Below, piece after piece: positions 47,950 through 61,352 of a stretch of 64,000 nucleotides of DNA. The translations under genes and the position numbers were made by a program. The stretch is from NCBI GenBank assembly GCA_014905635.1, contig JABVCE010000008.1:310001-374000 (forward strand), written 5' to 3'. The stretch is from Scenedesmus sp. PABB004 (taxonomy: Eukaryota). Each line of letters starts with the position of its first letter. Positions within the stretch are counted from its first letter, which is position 1. The notes beneath the pieces were generated by a model, which worked only from the letters and a program-made list of their open reading frames with translations, was not told where the DNA came from and ran no database searches.

Positions 47950-49249
47950 TCACGCCCAGACGCCGAGCACGCACATGAGCGCCGCGCCGAGCGCGAGCGC
48001 GGCGTACATGCCGCCGCGCAGGCGGCCGCGCACGAGCAGGTCCTCTCGGCTGAACTCCTCGGCGATGAGCTGGAAGAGCGCGATGTAGAGCAGCATGCCG
48101 CCGCTCACGCCGTTGAGCGTGCCTTGGACCGCGCGGCTCGTGACGGAGTCGGGGTCGTAGCTGCTGCTGATGGCGATGCCGATGGCGATGCCCAGCGGCG
48201 TGGTGAGGCTGTACACGACGAGCATCGCGAGCTTCTTGGCCGCGCTGAAGCGCGTGAGCGCGAGCACCGAGCCGAGCGCGAGCGCCTCGAGGCCCTGGTG
48301 CACCGCGAGCGCGACCATGAGCGTCACGACGAGGCGGCGGTCCGACGTAATGACGCCCACGCCGACGCCGATGATGACCGAGTGAAAGATGCTGCGGCGG
48401 AGGGAGAGGAGGGAGGGAGGAGGGAGGGGGCCGGCGGGTGGGCGGGCAGGGGGCGGCGGCGCGGGGCGCGCGGGCGCGGGCGCGGCGCGGCGCGGGCGCG
48501 GCGCGGCGCGGGCGGGCGGGCCGGCGCCGGGTCTCACCAGCCGAGCTCCATGGTGTACGCGGTCACGCACTGCCGCAGGCTGACCATCGACCCCGGGTCG
48601 CCGGCGCCGCTGGACACCCAGCCGCTCGCGTTGAGGCTGCGCAGGCACTGGTGCCCGTGCGCCGCGCCGCCCGCGCCGCCCAGCACCGCGGCCGCGTCCG
48701 CGCTCGGCTCGGCGCCGCGCTCGGCGCCGTCCAGCGCGTCGCCGCCGTCGACGGCGCCCTTGGCCGCCGCCGGCGCGGCCTGCGGGCCGTGGTGGTGCCC
48801 GCCGCCGCAGCGCTTGTGCGCGCCTGCCGGCGCCGCCGCCGCGCCGCCCGCGCCGGCGACGGCGGCGGCGTGGTGGTGCTCAGCGCCGTGCTTGGCGCCG
48901 GCGCCGCCCTGCGGCTGCTGCTGCTGGGCCGCCGCCGCTGCGGCCGCCGCGTCGTCCCGGATCTGCTGCTTGTACCCCGGCGGCGCGAGCCACGCGGCGA
49001 GGCTCGAGTCAAAGATCACGAGGCTCACGATGCCAAAGAGAATGGTGCAGCCGCCGATGGGGAACTCCATCAGCGAGTTGAGCTCGCCCACGGCCTGTCA
49101 GGGAGGGGCGAGGACGGGGAGGAGGGAGGGCGGGGCGGGGGTCGTTGAGTGAGGCGCGCGCGCCTCGCTCCGGCGCCGGCGCCGCCGCTGCCGGTGCCGC
49201 GGCTGCCGCCGAGCAGCGCCGCCGATCTGGCGGCTGCTGCCTGCCGGCG

Positions 49250-49281
<32 letters not shown>

Positions 49282-49852
49282 GCGCCTCGGGGATGATGTG
49301 GACGAGCGCGAGCGCGCAGATGACGCCGCCGCTGAAGGCGCGGAGGACGCGCGAGAAGGTCGAGTCGGGGTTGCGCAGCCGCAGCGTGATCAGGCCCAGC
49401 GCGGTCGCGGCCGCGAAGATCACGAAGATGGACGCAACCCTGCGGACGCGCAGCGGCGGCGTCGGCCGGCGGCGCAGCAGCGGCGGCGACGGCGCGACGG
49501 CGCAGCGGCGTGCGATGCCTGGCGCCCCGCCGAGCGGCGCGAGGCGCAGGTGCGCGCCGATCAGCGGACGACGCGGGGGCAGCGCCGCTTCGACGGCACG
49601 AGCCGGATGGCCGAGCGGCCGCCGGAGGCATGACCTCGCTCCCACCGCGCTGCGCCGGCCGCAAGCGCGCGAGGCCGCCCGGCGGGCGCACCTGAGCATC
49701 AGGGTCTCCTCCCCCGCGTGGCCGGCATCGAGCCCCGGCTGCTCCGCGTGCGCCTGCTGCGCGCCGGCGAGCTCCGCCGGCGCGCCGGCCGCCTCGCGCG
49801 CGCCGTGGCTGTGCCCCGGGCCCAAGAGAACGCGCTCCAGGAGCTCCCTCAT
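47950..49852 (-). CDS. ZIP-family (ZRT/IRT-like) Zn/Fe transporter; 4 exons
   Basis: LRAFSGGVICALALVHIIPE|A, His-containing loop, MELG.IFHSVIIG, ALAVHQGLEALALG, TTPLGIAIG, SGGMLLYIALFQLIAEEF. Confidence 0.94.
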
Positions 49853-50664
49853 TGTTGCGGCCGCGCTCGCGCGCTGCTGGTGCGGGTAGCGCGCGCTGCT
49901 GCCGCACGGGGAGTCCCGCCTGCTGCACGGTGCAGGAGCGACGACGGCGCACGACGACGTCTGCGTCGCGCTCGCCACAACCGAGTGGTGCGGGGCGCGG
50001 CAGGGGACGGCGCGGTATGGCGGCGGTCCTAGCGGCCGTACCGTCGTCCGCCCAGCTCCTGGTGTGTTTTGCCGCCCGCACGGTCGCACGGCGCACGGCT
50101 CTCAGTACGACGCGACGGACGCGCGCTGCCGCTGGCTGCGGCGCTGCCGCGCGCCGTGCTGTGCGCGCGGCCGCCTCGGGAGCGAGTGCACCCAGTTGCC
50201 TCCTGCCGCCACCTCCCCCTCTCAGTTCAAACTCCTCAGACCCGCCTGACTGAAACGCTGGCGGGTGCACAAAGAGACGGCGCGGGAGGCGCAGGCGGCG
50301 GCGCCCCGCGCGCCCGCCCGCCCGCCCGGCCCGCGCGCACTCGCGCTGCTCGCTCGTCCCCTGCGCCCCGGCGGCGCCCTGGCGCCCTCACGCACGCACA
50401 CAGGCGGACGCGCACACACAATCCAAACCCCGCGCAGAGCCCCCGCGCGGCGCGGGGCCCCCTCGCCCTCAGCCGCCTCGCTGCGCTGCGTGCCCGCCGC
50501 GCGACACAGCAGCGCGACACAGCAGGGCCCATGGGGCGCGAAAATCTGTCGTCCCGACGCACGCCTGCAATGCGCAGGCCGGCAGCGCCGCCCGGCGCGC
50601 GCGCGCCGCCGCCGCCGCTCGCCCAGGGAGCCGGGCGCGATCATACACACCGCGCCGCAGCGCC

Positions 50665-51917
50665 TCACGCCGTCGCGGCGACCTGCACCGGCGCGGCCGC
50701 CGCCGCCGGCTCCGCCGCGACCGCGGGGTTGGCCTGCGGCGTGTTCTTCTCCGCCGGCGGCACGAGCTGCCAGAAGCGGCCCTTGGCGGCGGCCCAGTCG
50801 GCGAGCAGCGCCTTGGCCTTGGCGGAGCCGGTCTTGTCCGCGTGCGCGGCCACGAGGCCCTTGAGCTGCGCCTCGCCCGCGGGCGTGATGACGCGCTGGA
50901 TGGCAACGATCTCGGTGTTCACCTGCGCGCGCGTGCGTGCGTGCGTGTGTGTGCGTGTGTGCGTGTGTGCGTGTGTGCGTGTGCGGGGGGGGGGGGGGAC
51001 GCTTGAGGCATGCGCGGTGTGTGGCTGCGCGCGGGGGACAGCTGTACGCGGGGCCGCCGACCCCGCCGCCCACCCCGCGCCCGCCCCCGCGCTGCCCGCG
51101 CCCGCGCGTGCGGTGCTGCCCGCCGCCGCGCGCCTTCTCCGGGAAGTCTCCCTCGGGGTCGTAGAAGTAGCCCAGCCCGCCGGTCATGCCCGCGCCGACG
51201 TTGCGGCCGACGGGGCCGAGCACGACGACCGCGCCGCCGGTCATGTACTCGCAGCAGTGGTCGCCCGCGCCCTCCACGACCGCGTCGGCGCGGCTGTTGC
51301 GCACCGCAAAGCGCTCGCCCGCGCGGCCGTTGACGAAGAGCCGCCCCCGGTCGCGCCGTAGAGGCAGGTGTTGCCGACGAGGCTCGCCTCCTCCGCCGCA
51401 AACGGCGAGGCGGGCGGGGGCACGATCACGATCTCGCCGCCCGCCATGCCCTTGCCGACGTAGTCGTTCGCCTCGCCCGTGAGGCGCACGTTGAGGCCTG
51501 CGCGGGCGCGCGTGCGCGCGCGCGCGAGAGCGCGCGGCCGCGGCGGCGGCGGCGCGTCAGCGCGCGGGGCGCGGGCGCCGCCGCGGGGAGCGACGGCCGC
51601 GCCGCCGCCGCCGCCTGCAGGCGCCGCCTGCAGGCGCCGCCTGCAGGCGCTGCTGCTGCTGCGCCGCCGCGTGGCGGCGCGCACCCGTGGCGAGGAAGAC
51701 GCCGAAGCTCTGCCCGCCGCTGCCGGTGAGGGAGAGGTTGATGGCGCCCTTGAAGCCGGCGTCGCCGTAGGGCTTGGCGATCGCGCCCGCGACGCGGCCG
51801 AGCGCGGAGCGGTCGACGTTGACGATGTCGTACGCCTTGCTCACCGTGCCCTGCGTGTGTGTGGGGTGCGTGTGTGGGGGGTGCGTGTGTGAGAGACGGG
51901 TGAGGGGCGCGCGTGAG

Positions 51918-51973
<56 letters not shown>

Positions 51974-52047
51974 CGTGTGTGAGCGAGCACGTCGTGCGGG
52001 TGAGGAGGAGGCATGTCGTGCGGCGCGCGGGCGCTGAAGGAGCGCGC

Positions 52048-52135
<88 letters not shown>

Positions 52136-53845
52136 GGCCTCGGCCAGCCGCGCGCACCTGGGTGCGGATGGCCTCCTGCACCTCCTTGTCGGCCAGGATG
52201 TCGTCGTCAAGCTGGTGCCCGTTGCTGTGCGTCGCGGCGGCGAGGCGCACGCTGCTGTCGCCCGAGGGGCCGGCGTAGGTGGTGAGGAAGCTCAGGTCCA
52301 GGCCGCCCGTCTTGGCGAGCGGCGCGTCGCGCTGGGCGAGGTAGTCGGCCCGGCCGACGAGCTCGTCCAGGCTGCGCAGGCCGAGCGCGGCGAGGCCCTC
52401 GCGCACCTGCGGGGCGCGGCGCGGCGCGGCCGCGGGCGCGGGGTGGACGGGCGCAGGGTGGGCGCGGGGTGGGCGGCGCGGGTCGCGCGCGGGGCGCAGG
52501 GCCGGCGGCGCGGCGCAGGCGGCGGGCGCGGCACCGCGCGGCGGCGGGGCCTTGCTGGTGGCGGGCAGCTCGCACAGAAGCTGGCCGCTGCCAGCAACGC
52601 CCCGCCGCCGTGCGGCGCCGCGCCCGCCGCCGCCGACGCGGGCGCGACGGGCGCGCCCCAGCGCGCACGCCCCACCCAGCGCGCACGCCCCACCCAGCGC
52701 GCATGCGCCACCCAGCGCGCGCAGCGCGCGCAGCACACAGCGCGCACAGCGCGGCGCCACACCTCCTCTGCCACAAAGTGGAAGAAGTTGACGAGGTCGG
52801 CCGGCGCGCCGGGGAAGCGGGCGCGCAGCTCCTCGCGCTGGCTCGCGACGCCGACGGGGCAGTTGTTGGTGTGGCACACGCGCGCCATGATGCAGCCTGT
52901 GGGCGGCGGCGCGGCGGGGGGCGGCGGTGCGTGCGTGGGTCGCGGGCGCGGGCGCGGGCGCGGCACGCAGCTCACAGCCGCCGGTGCTGCCCCTCTAAAG
53001 CCCAAAACCCACCCGTCGCGATCATGGCCACGGTGCCAAAGCCGTACTCGTCGGCGCCGAGCGCCGCGGCGACGAGGATGTCGCGCCCGCTGCGGAAGCC
53101 GCCGTCGGCGCGCAGCACGACGCGCTCGCGCAGCTCGTTGCGCACGAGCACCTGGTGCGTCTCAGCCACGCCCATCTGTGGCGCGCGGACGCGGGCGCGG
53201 GCAGGGGCGCGCAGCGTGAGCGCGGGCGCAGCGCGAGCGCGCGGGAAAGGGGGCGCGCGCGGGGCGCCGCAGCCGCCGCAGCCGCCGCCGCAGGCGCGGC
53301 GTGCGCGTCACCTCGACGGGCCCGCCCGCGTGCTTGATGCTGCTGATGGGGCTCGCGCCCGTGCCGCCGTCGTGGCCGCTGATCTGGATGACGTCGGCGT
53401 TGGCCTTGGCCACGCCGCTCGCGACGACGCCGATGCCCGCCTCGGCCACGAGCTTCACGCTCACCTTGGCCGCAGGGTTGATCTGCGCGGCGCGGCGCCG
53501 GCACCGCCGTCAGCCGCGCGCCCCTGGCCCTTGGGCCCGAGCCTCGCCCCGCCCCGCCCCGCTCGCGCGCCCCGGCTCGGCCCGGCTCGCGCGGCCAGCG
53601 CGGGGCGGCGGGGCTGCAGCCCCGCCGCCGCCGCCGCCGCGGCGGCGTGTGCGCGCGCGCGTCGCCGCGCAGCGCCCCCCTCCGTGCGGGCGCATGCTGT
53701 GGCGCGCGCCTGGTGGAGGTCGTAGATGAGCTGGGCGAGGTCCTCAATGCTGTAGATGTCGTGGTGCGGCGGCGGCGAGATGAGGGGCACGCCGGGCTTG
53801 CTGCGCCGCAGGTTGGCGATGTACGGCGACACCTTCTTGCCCGGC

Positions 53846-53877
<32 letters not shown>

Positions 53878-56800
53878 CGTGGAGCGGCGGGCGGGGCGCG
53901 GGTTGGAGGAGGGGGGAGGGGGGAGGAGGAGGGGGCCAGGTCAGCGTGCAGCGCACGCGCCGCCGCAGCCCGGCGCGCGCGGCGGGCGCCGTAGCCCGCT
54001 AAAGCGCCGCCGCCGCCGCCGCGCCCCCCGCCGCGCCTGCGCGATCTTGATCTCCAGCTGGTCCGCGTTGACCAGGAACTCGGGGGTCACGCCGAAGCGG
54101 CCGCTCGCGACCTGCTTGATCTTGGACGTCGCCGTGTCGCCGTTCTGAGCGGCGCGGCGGCGGGGGCAGGGAGCGCGCGGGCGGGCCGGGCGGCGGGCGG
54201 GCGTGTGGGCGGGCGTGCGTGGTGCGGGGAGGCGCGGCGGCGCGGCGGCGCAGAGACGCGGCCCCGCGCGGGCAGCTGGCTGGGCGCGCGAGTCGACGCA
54301 GCCCAGCGCCGGCCGCACCTGCAGGCCGCGCAGGTAGGGGAAGGTGGCGCTGCTGCCGTCGTCGGCCGCGTCGCTGAGCGGCGTCCAGCGCACGGGGTCC
54401 TCGCCGCCCTCGCCGCTGTTGGACTTGCCGCCGATGCGGTTCACCGCGACCGCGATCGTCTCGTGCGTCTGCGCGCCGCAGGGACGTCGGGGCGCGCCGG
54501 CGCGCGTGCGAGCGTTCGTGTGAGCGCTCGTGACGTGCGTGCGTGCGTATGCACGTGTGCAGGGCGCCGCCGCGCGCGCGCCGCCGCCGCGAGCACGCGC
54601 CGCGTGCCGCCCCCACCCCCACGCACCTCGCGGCTGATCGCGCCGAGGGACATGCCGCCGGTGCAGAAGCGGCGCATGATCTCGGCCGCCGGCTCGACCT
54701 CGTCGACGGGGATGGGCGCGCGGCCGCTGTCGAGGGCGAGGCAGTCGCGCAGCACGTGCGGCGGCGCGCTCTCAAAGTGGGCCATGTAGGCGGCGTATGC
54801 GCTGGCGTCGGGGGCGCTGCCGCTGCCGAGGCCGATCGCCTTGTGCAGCAGCTTGGACATGGTCTGGTTGTTCGCGTGGTACTCGCCCTTGACGGCGGGG
54901 TCGGCGGGGGAGGGTGGCCGAGCGGCGCGGGGCGCGGCGCGGGTCAGGGCCAGGGTTTGCGACGCAGGGCTGCGGCGGCGGCGCGGCGGCGCGCGCGCGC
55001 GCAAGGGAGCGCGCGCACGGGAGCGCGCAGGGGGGGCGTGTGCAGCGGAGAGGGCGCGCACATGCGCGTGCACACACACACGCACCTTGGTCTTGGACTG
55101 GATGAAGCCGTAGTCCTCCAGCTTGGCCATGGCCTTGGCGGGGAAGCCCTGCGGACGCGCGCGCGGGGGTGGGTGGGGGAGGCGCGTGTCACGCAGCATC
55201 AGCGCCAGGGGCACAGGCTAGGGCGGCTGCGGGGCGCGGCGCGGTCGCCGGCAGAGAGCCGCCGCCGCCGCGCGCCCCCCCCCCTCCCGCGGCGCGCCTT
55301 GGCCCAGAAGCTCTCCGCCTCGCGCTGCAGGTCGGCCAGGGACATGCCGCCGATGCGCGACACGCTGCCGGCGAAGCAGGCGTCGATGACCTCGCGGCTC
55401 AGGCCGTACGCCTCAAAGATCTGGGGGTGTTGGGGGGGGGGGGGCAGGGTTACGGCAGGGTCGAGGCAGGGTTGAGGCAGGGTTGAGGCGCGGCGCGGCG
55501 CGGCGCGGCGGCGGCGAGTGGTGCGCGGGGGCCGTGCGCGGCGGTGCGCGGGGGCCGTCCGCGGCGGTGCGGTGCGCGGTGGGCAGTCTCAGTGTGTGTG
55601 TGCCTGCCGTCGCACGGTCGAGTCGCCGGCGGACACGCACGCTGAGGCCGCCCGCCGCGCACGCGCCCGGCCACCGCGCGCGCGCGCGGATCAACGCACC
55701 CCCCCCCCCCCCTCATGCCCCCCTGCGGTGGGCAACACCGACTGCAGTCGGTGTCGCCGACTCAAGGTTGACCTCTTCACACGTGACGAGGTTGACCTCG
55801 AGTCGGCGACACCGACTGCAGTCGGTGCCCCCCGCCCCCCACGTGCGCACATCCACGCACCCACCCACCCACCCACCCACCCACAAGCACACACACACCC
55901 GCCCGCCCACCCCCACCCCCCACGCACACCCCCCACGCACACCCGCCCACCCAGCCGCCCACGCCCACCTGGGCGCCGTGGTAGCACGAGAGGAGGGAGA
56001 TGCCCATCTTGGAGAGGATTTTGAGGATGCCCTTCTCAAGGCTCTTCTTCAGGTTCTTCTGCGCGTCGCCGACGCTGATGTCCGGCACCTGGCGCGGCGG
56101 CGGGAGTGGCGAGAGCGGTGAGAGTGGTGAGAGTGGTGAGGGTGGTGAGAGTGGTGGTGAGAGGGTGTGAGAGAGGGAGGTTCAGGGCTGGCAGGAGGGG
56201 CGAGGCGGGCGCGGGCGCGGGGCACACGCGCACGCGCGCGCGCGCGGCAGGGCCTTGATCCTTTGTGTAATTGTGCTTCACTCGCCTTGCCGGTCTTGAT
56301 GAGCGACTGGGTGCGCGACGAGAGCCGCCACGCGCGCGCGGTCTCATAGGCCAGGTAGGGGCAGAGCGCGTGCGCGCCGTAGCCGACCAGCATCGCCGCG
56401 TGGTGCGTGGAGAAGGCCTGCGCCGTCTCGACCACGATGCTCGTGTCGCTGCGCAGGCCTGCGAGGCGCCAGAGAGGGGGAGGTGGTGATGGTGTGAGCG
56501 TGTGTGTGGGGGGTGTCGGTGGCGGGAGCCGGCGGCAGGCGCGGCGGCGGCGCGGGGGCGGCGCGCGGCGCAGCACGCGCAGCGTGCGCGTCGCGCGCGT
56601 CGCCGCACCGGTGCGGATGAGGTGGTGGTGCACCGCGCCGGTCGCGAGCAGGGCGGGGATGGGCACGACCTCGGGCGCCATGCCCTCCTGGACCGAGCGG
56701 TCGCTCAGCACGACGCACTGGCAGCCCCCCTTCACCGCGGCCTCGACGTCGGCGCAGAGCTTGGTCAGCGCCGCCGCGAGCGCGCCCTGGACACGGCGCG

Positions 56801-57427
56801 GCGCGGCGCGGCGCGGGGCGGGCGGCGCGCGGGGCGGGCGGCGCGCGGGGTGAGCCGCAGCCACACAGCTGGGCCGTCGGCGCGCGGGCGCGGCGGAAAA
56901 CCCCAACCCCGCAGGCGCGCGGGCGCGGGGTGCCGCACCTGCTCGCCGGCCTTGAAGGAGATGGGGAACGTCTTGCTGCCCAGCTGCTTGTCCGCCGCGA
57001 TGGCTGCCATCTGGCCCTCCAGCAGGATGGGGCTGTTCAGCAGCACCTGAGGCAGCGAGCGGCAGCGAGCGGCAGCGAGCGGCGGCGGGGTGAGGCAGGG
57101 GGAGCGGGGCGGCGGTGGTGCGGGGGCGCGCACGCACGGCGCCGGCGGCCGCCGCTGCTGCGCTGCCGGGTGCGGCTGCGCGGCGCGCGCCTGGCGGTAT
57201 GTGTCGGGCCCGGGCGCGAGCAGGTTGCCGCGGCCGCCGAGGCGCATCTCCAGGGACATGACCAGCCCCTCACGCAGCGGGTCGATGGGCGGGTTGGTCA
57301 CCTGCGCAGCGCAGCGGGGTTTTTGCAGCGGCGGTGAGCGGCGGCGCGCCGAGCGGGACGGCCGCTCGCGCAGCGCGGACAAAGCAGCAGCTGCTCAAGA
57401 CAGCAAACGGTGCGGCCGCGCGCCCCG

Positions 57428-57467
<40 letters not shown>

Positions 57468-60400
57468 CCTCCCTGCCCGCGCCACGCGCCTGTGCGAAGC
57501 GCTGCTTGAAATAGTTGTAGAGCATGTGGGGCTTGTCGCTCAGCACGGCGAGCGGGATGTCGTCGCCCATGCAGTACGTCGGCTCCACGCCCGCGCTCGC
57601 CATGCCCTCCACCACCATCTGAGCGTCCTCCGCGCCCATGCCGTTGGCCGCCTGGGGGAGGAGCGGCGGGCGCGGGGAGGAGGAGCGCGGGCGGCGGCGG
57701 CGAGCGCGGTGGGCGCGCGCGGCGGCAGGCGCAGCGCCGTGCACGACGCGCTGCCCGCGCTGCGCCGCGTGCTGCACGGCCCGCGACCACGCACCTGCAG
57801 GCGCAGCAGCGCGGCAGTCTCCATCGCCGCCTCGCCCGGGTAGGTCGGCGGCGACATCTCGTCGAGGCGGCGCAGGCTGCTGCCGAGCCACGCGCCGTAC
57901 GGCTGCCGCGACGCGGCGGCCTTGGAGATGGCCGCCGTCTCGGCGAAGCTGCCGGTCGCGAGGTCGGCGCAGACCATCTGCCCCGGGCCGAGGCGGCCCT
58001 TGGCCACGATGTTGGCGGCGTTGCTTATGACGTCGCCGAGCACGCCGACCTCGCTGGCCACGTAGATGGTGTCGTCGGCGGTGCGCCAGAAGCGCGCGGG
58101 GCGCAGGCCGTTGCGGTCGAGGCGCGCGCCGACGCGCAGGCCGTCGCTGAAGACGAGCAGCGCGGGGCCGTCCCAGCCCTCCTGCAGGCCCTCGTAGAAC
58201 TCGTAAAAGTCGACGACCTGGCGGTCAACGCATGGCGGTCAACGCACGGCGGTCAATGCATGGCGGCGGCGTGGCGGGCGGGCCGCGCGCGGCGGGCGCA
58301 GCAGCGCGGCGGCCGGCGACGACATCAACCGCCGCCCCCAAAACCCGTAGCCCGTGCCCCGCCCACAGAACCCTGCTCAAAACCCCGGCGGCAGGCGTGT
58401 CACCTCGGGGTACTCCTTCATGAGGTCGGGGTGGTTGCGGAAGGCCTCGGGCACCAGCAGCATCAGCGCCTCCTGCGGCTCCGCGCCTGCGCGGGCGCGC
58501 GGGGACGCGCACGCGCGCGCGCGTGGGCGAGGGGCGCGGCGCGACGGCGCGGGGCGTGACGAGTGCGCGGCCGGCGGGAGGGCGGAGCGCGCGGGAGGCG
58601 CAGGCGGGCGGCGCGGCGGGGCGCGTGCCGCGGCGGCACAGGCGCGAGGCGCGGCGCACCCGTGCGCACGAGCAGCTCAGCGACGTGGTCCAGGTTGGCG
58701 GAGTCGCTCTCGGCGGCGTTGCAGAGGGGCATCAGCTGGCCCTCGCGCCCGCCCCACACGGGGTGGCTCAGCTCGCTCTGGCGCGACGCGATCCAGTTGA
58801 GGTTGCCCTGCAGCGTGTTGATCTCGCCTGCGCCGGGAAGCGGCGGCGGCAGCGGGGCACGAGGGTGGGCGCGAGCGGGCTGGCGAGAGCAAGCGGCGCC
58901 ACGGCGGAGCGCAGGGGCTGCTGCTGCCGCTACGCGGCCGGCGCGGCGCTGCGCGGCTGGCGCGGCGCGGCGGCGCGCGCACCGTTGTGGCCCAGCACGC
59001 GCATCGGCTGCGCCAGCGGCCACTTGGGCGTGGTGTTGGTGCTGAAGCGCCTGCGCGCGCGCGCGGCGGGCGGGCGCGCGCGGCGGGCGTCGGGCGCTGC
59101 CGCCGCCCCGGCATCGCCCTCCCCCCTGGGCCCCTGCGCGCGGGCGCGCCGCCGGGCCGCCGCCGCGTCGCCGCCGCTGCGCCGCTGCGGCGCGCGCCTG
59201 TGGTAGATGGCAAACGCGGTCTCATAGTCGGGGTTGACCAGGTCCTTGTAGAACTGGCCGACCACCACCGAGCGCAGCATGCCCTGCGCGGAGGGGCGGA
59301 GCAGCAGCAGCCGCGGCCGCGGCGGCGGCGTCAGGCGCGCGCCGCGCAGCGCAGGGCCTGGAGTGTCTGTGCCCTGCGCCCCGAGCCCCCCGCGGCTGCG
59401 CTGCGCGGCCGGCGGGCAGCGGGCGTGCCTTGTAGACGATGGTGCGGTTGGAGAGGGTGCAGACGTAAAAGTCGTCGGCCGCGGCGCCCATCGCGGCGGT
59501 CTTGGCGCGCTCGACGAGCTTGCGCACGATGAAGAGCTGGCGCTCGAGCTCGTCGCCCGTCTGGCCCGGCTTGCCCTGGATCAGGACCTGCCAGATGCGC
59601 GGCTGCGTCGCCTTGGCGAACCGCCCGACCACGGCCTTGTCCACCGGGACGGCGCGGTAGCCGAGCAGGCTGAGCCCCTCCGCCGCCACGACCTCCTCCA
59701 GGATGGCCTTGGCCTGCGCCTCCAGGCCGTCGTCGTTGGGCAGGAAGAGCATGCCCACGCTGCGCGCGCGCGCGAGAGCGAGAGAGAGAGAGACAGGTGC
59801 GAGTGAGGGCGCGTGAGGCGGCCGCGGTGGGGCGCGGCGGCCGGGCGCGGGCAGCGTGCGCTCGCTGGCGCGGCGCGCGGGCGCGGCGGGCACGGCGGGC
59901 GCGCGCGCACCCGGTGGTGGCCTCGTTGGCGGCGGGGAACTCCTTCTGCAGCAGCTTCCAGGGGATCTGGGTCATCAGCCCCGCGCCGTCGCCGCTGTCG
60001 TCGTCGGCCGAGCACGCGCCGCGGTGCTCCATGCAGCCGAGCGCGCGCAGCGCCTGCAGCGCGGCGCGGCGCGGCGCGGCGCGGCGCGGCGCGGGGCGGC
60101 GTCGGCCGCGGCGCGCGCGTGGGGCCGTGCGGGCGAGCGCCGCGGGGGCGGTTGCGGCGGTTTGCGCGGGCCGGGTGGCCGCCACCGAGCGCGGGCTCCC
60201 GCCGCGACGCGCAGCTCGGTCCACGCGCCGCCGGCAGCTCGGCCGAGGCCAACCGCCGCTGGCCTCGCTCGCGCGCGTGCCGCGAGCCGTGCTGCCACGC
60301 CGCCGGCGCTCGCGCGCGCGCCGCGCTGCCGCTGCGCCGCCGCGCCGCGCCGCGCCGCGCCGCTCGCCGCCGGGGCGCGCACCTGCTCCACGATGGTGTG

Positions 60401-61101
60401 GCTCTTGACGCTGCGCAGGTTGGCGATGAAGCCCACCTGCGGGCGGGGCCGGATGGCGGGGGGTGATGGCCGAGCCACGCCGGCCGCTGCTGGCCCAGCG
60501 CGCCGCCCGTGCGCCCGCGCGCGGGCCCGTGGCGACAGCTCACCCCGCAGGCGTCGCGCTCCTGCAGGATGGTCTCGAGGTCGGCCGCCACGGGCGCGGG
60601 GCAGGCCGCAGCAGGCGCGGCCACCCCCTCGCCCGCCTCCGCCTGCGCCGCGCTGGGCACCCAGGCGGGCGCGCCGGCGCGGCCGGGCACGGCGCGGCTC
60701 GCCCGGCTCACGGCGCGAGCGCGCGGCGCGCCAGCGGCGCGCCCAGCCTGCGGGCAGGGCGCGCATGCGAGTCGGAGGATAGCCAGCGCCTCGCCGGGGC
60801 CACCGCAGGGCCGGGCCGGCCCAATTGGGCACGCCTCGAGTCGACGCCGCGCCACTGCGCCGCCCAGCGGCCCGCCAGGGCCCCCAGGCGCGGCGCAGTG
60901 CGCCGGCGATGGCCGCGGCGGGCGCGCTGCCGGGCGGCCGCGGCGGGCCCCCGCCGCCCCCCTCCGCACCTGGGGCGCCGCCAGGGGCGCGGACCGGCCA
61001 TGCGGCAGCGGCGCCGCGCTCAGCACATGCTGCTGCTGCCGGCCGCGGAGCCCGCCACCGAGGCCGGCGGGGCCCGCACCGCGGTGCGCGCTGAGCTCCA
61101 T
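50665..61101 (-). CDS. GSF1: Ferredoxin-dependent glutamate synthase (Fd-GOGAT), chloroplast; about 29 exons; apparent 1-bp frameshift near 51346
   Basis: Transit peptide then [109 protein letters not shown] (3Fe-4S), [21 protein letters not shown]; ends without a fused NADH beta domain. Confidence 0.97.
51919..52131. repeat. (GT)n (about 51919-51970) and (GGC)n (about 52048-52131) microsatellites in a GOGAT intron
   Basis: Directly visible. Confidence 0.95.
55736..55827. repeat. 92-bp inverted-repeat element with perfect 28-bp arms and nested palindromes, in GOGAT intron 55421-55968
   Basis: caccgactgcagtcggtgtcgccgactc ... gagtcggcgacaccgactgcagtcggtg are exact reverse complements. Confidence 0.95.
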
Positions 61102-61352
61102 GCTGCTGCTCTCAGCGCCGTTGTGACCCGCGCCGGGCGCGGCGGGCGGCCTGCAGAGCAGCAGCAGCGGCGCAGCGGCGGCGGTGCAGCGAAACCCTCG
61201 AGCGGCTCCAACCAGGGCGCTCGCGGGCTCCGCCCGCCCCGGACCGCCGCGCATTGCCGACCGGGCCGCCGCCGCCGAGCGCCGCGGCCGCCGCCGCCGC
61301 CGGCACCGCTCCCGACCGCACGCGCGCGCCGCCAGCCGCCGCCGCCGCCGCA

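Noticed and set aside
51340..51350. Frameshifts in GOGAT (about 51346), CDP-DAG synthase (about 1840), AP2 (about 16748) and KDM5-like (about 33910, 40220, 41090, 43685, 44140, 44750, 45690), suggesting pseudogenes or programmed frameshifting
   Set aside because: Those I could localise fall in C/G homopolymers or GC/GGC repeats and conserved sequence continues afterwards, which is typical of long-read indel errors. Short-read polishing would confirm.
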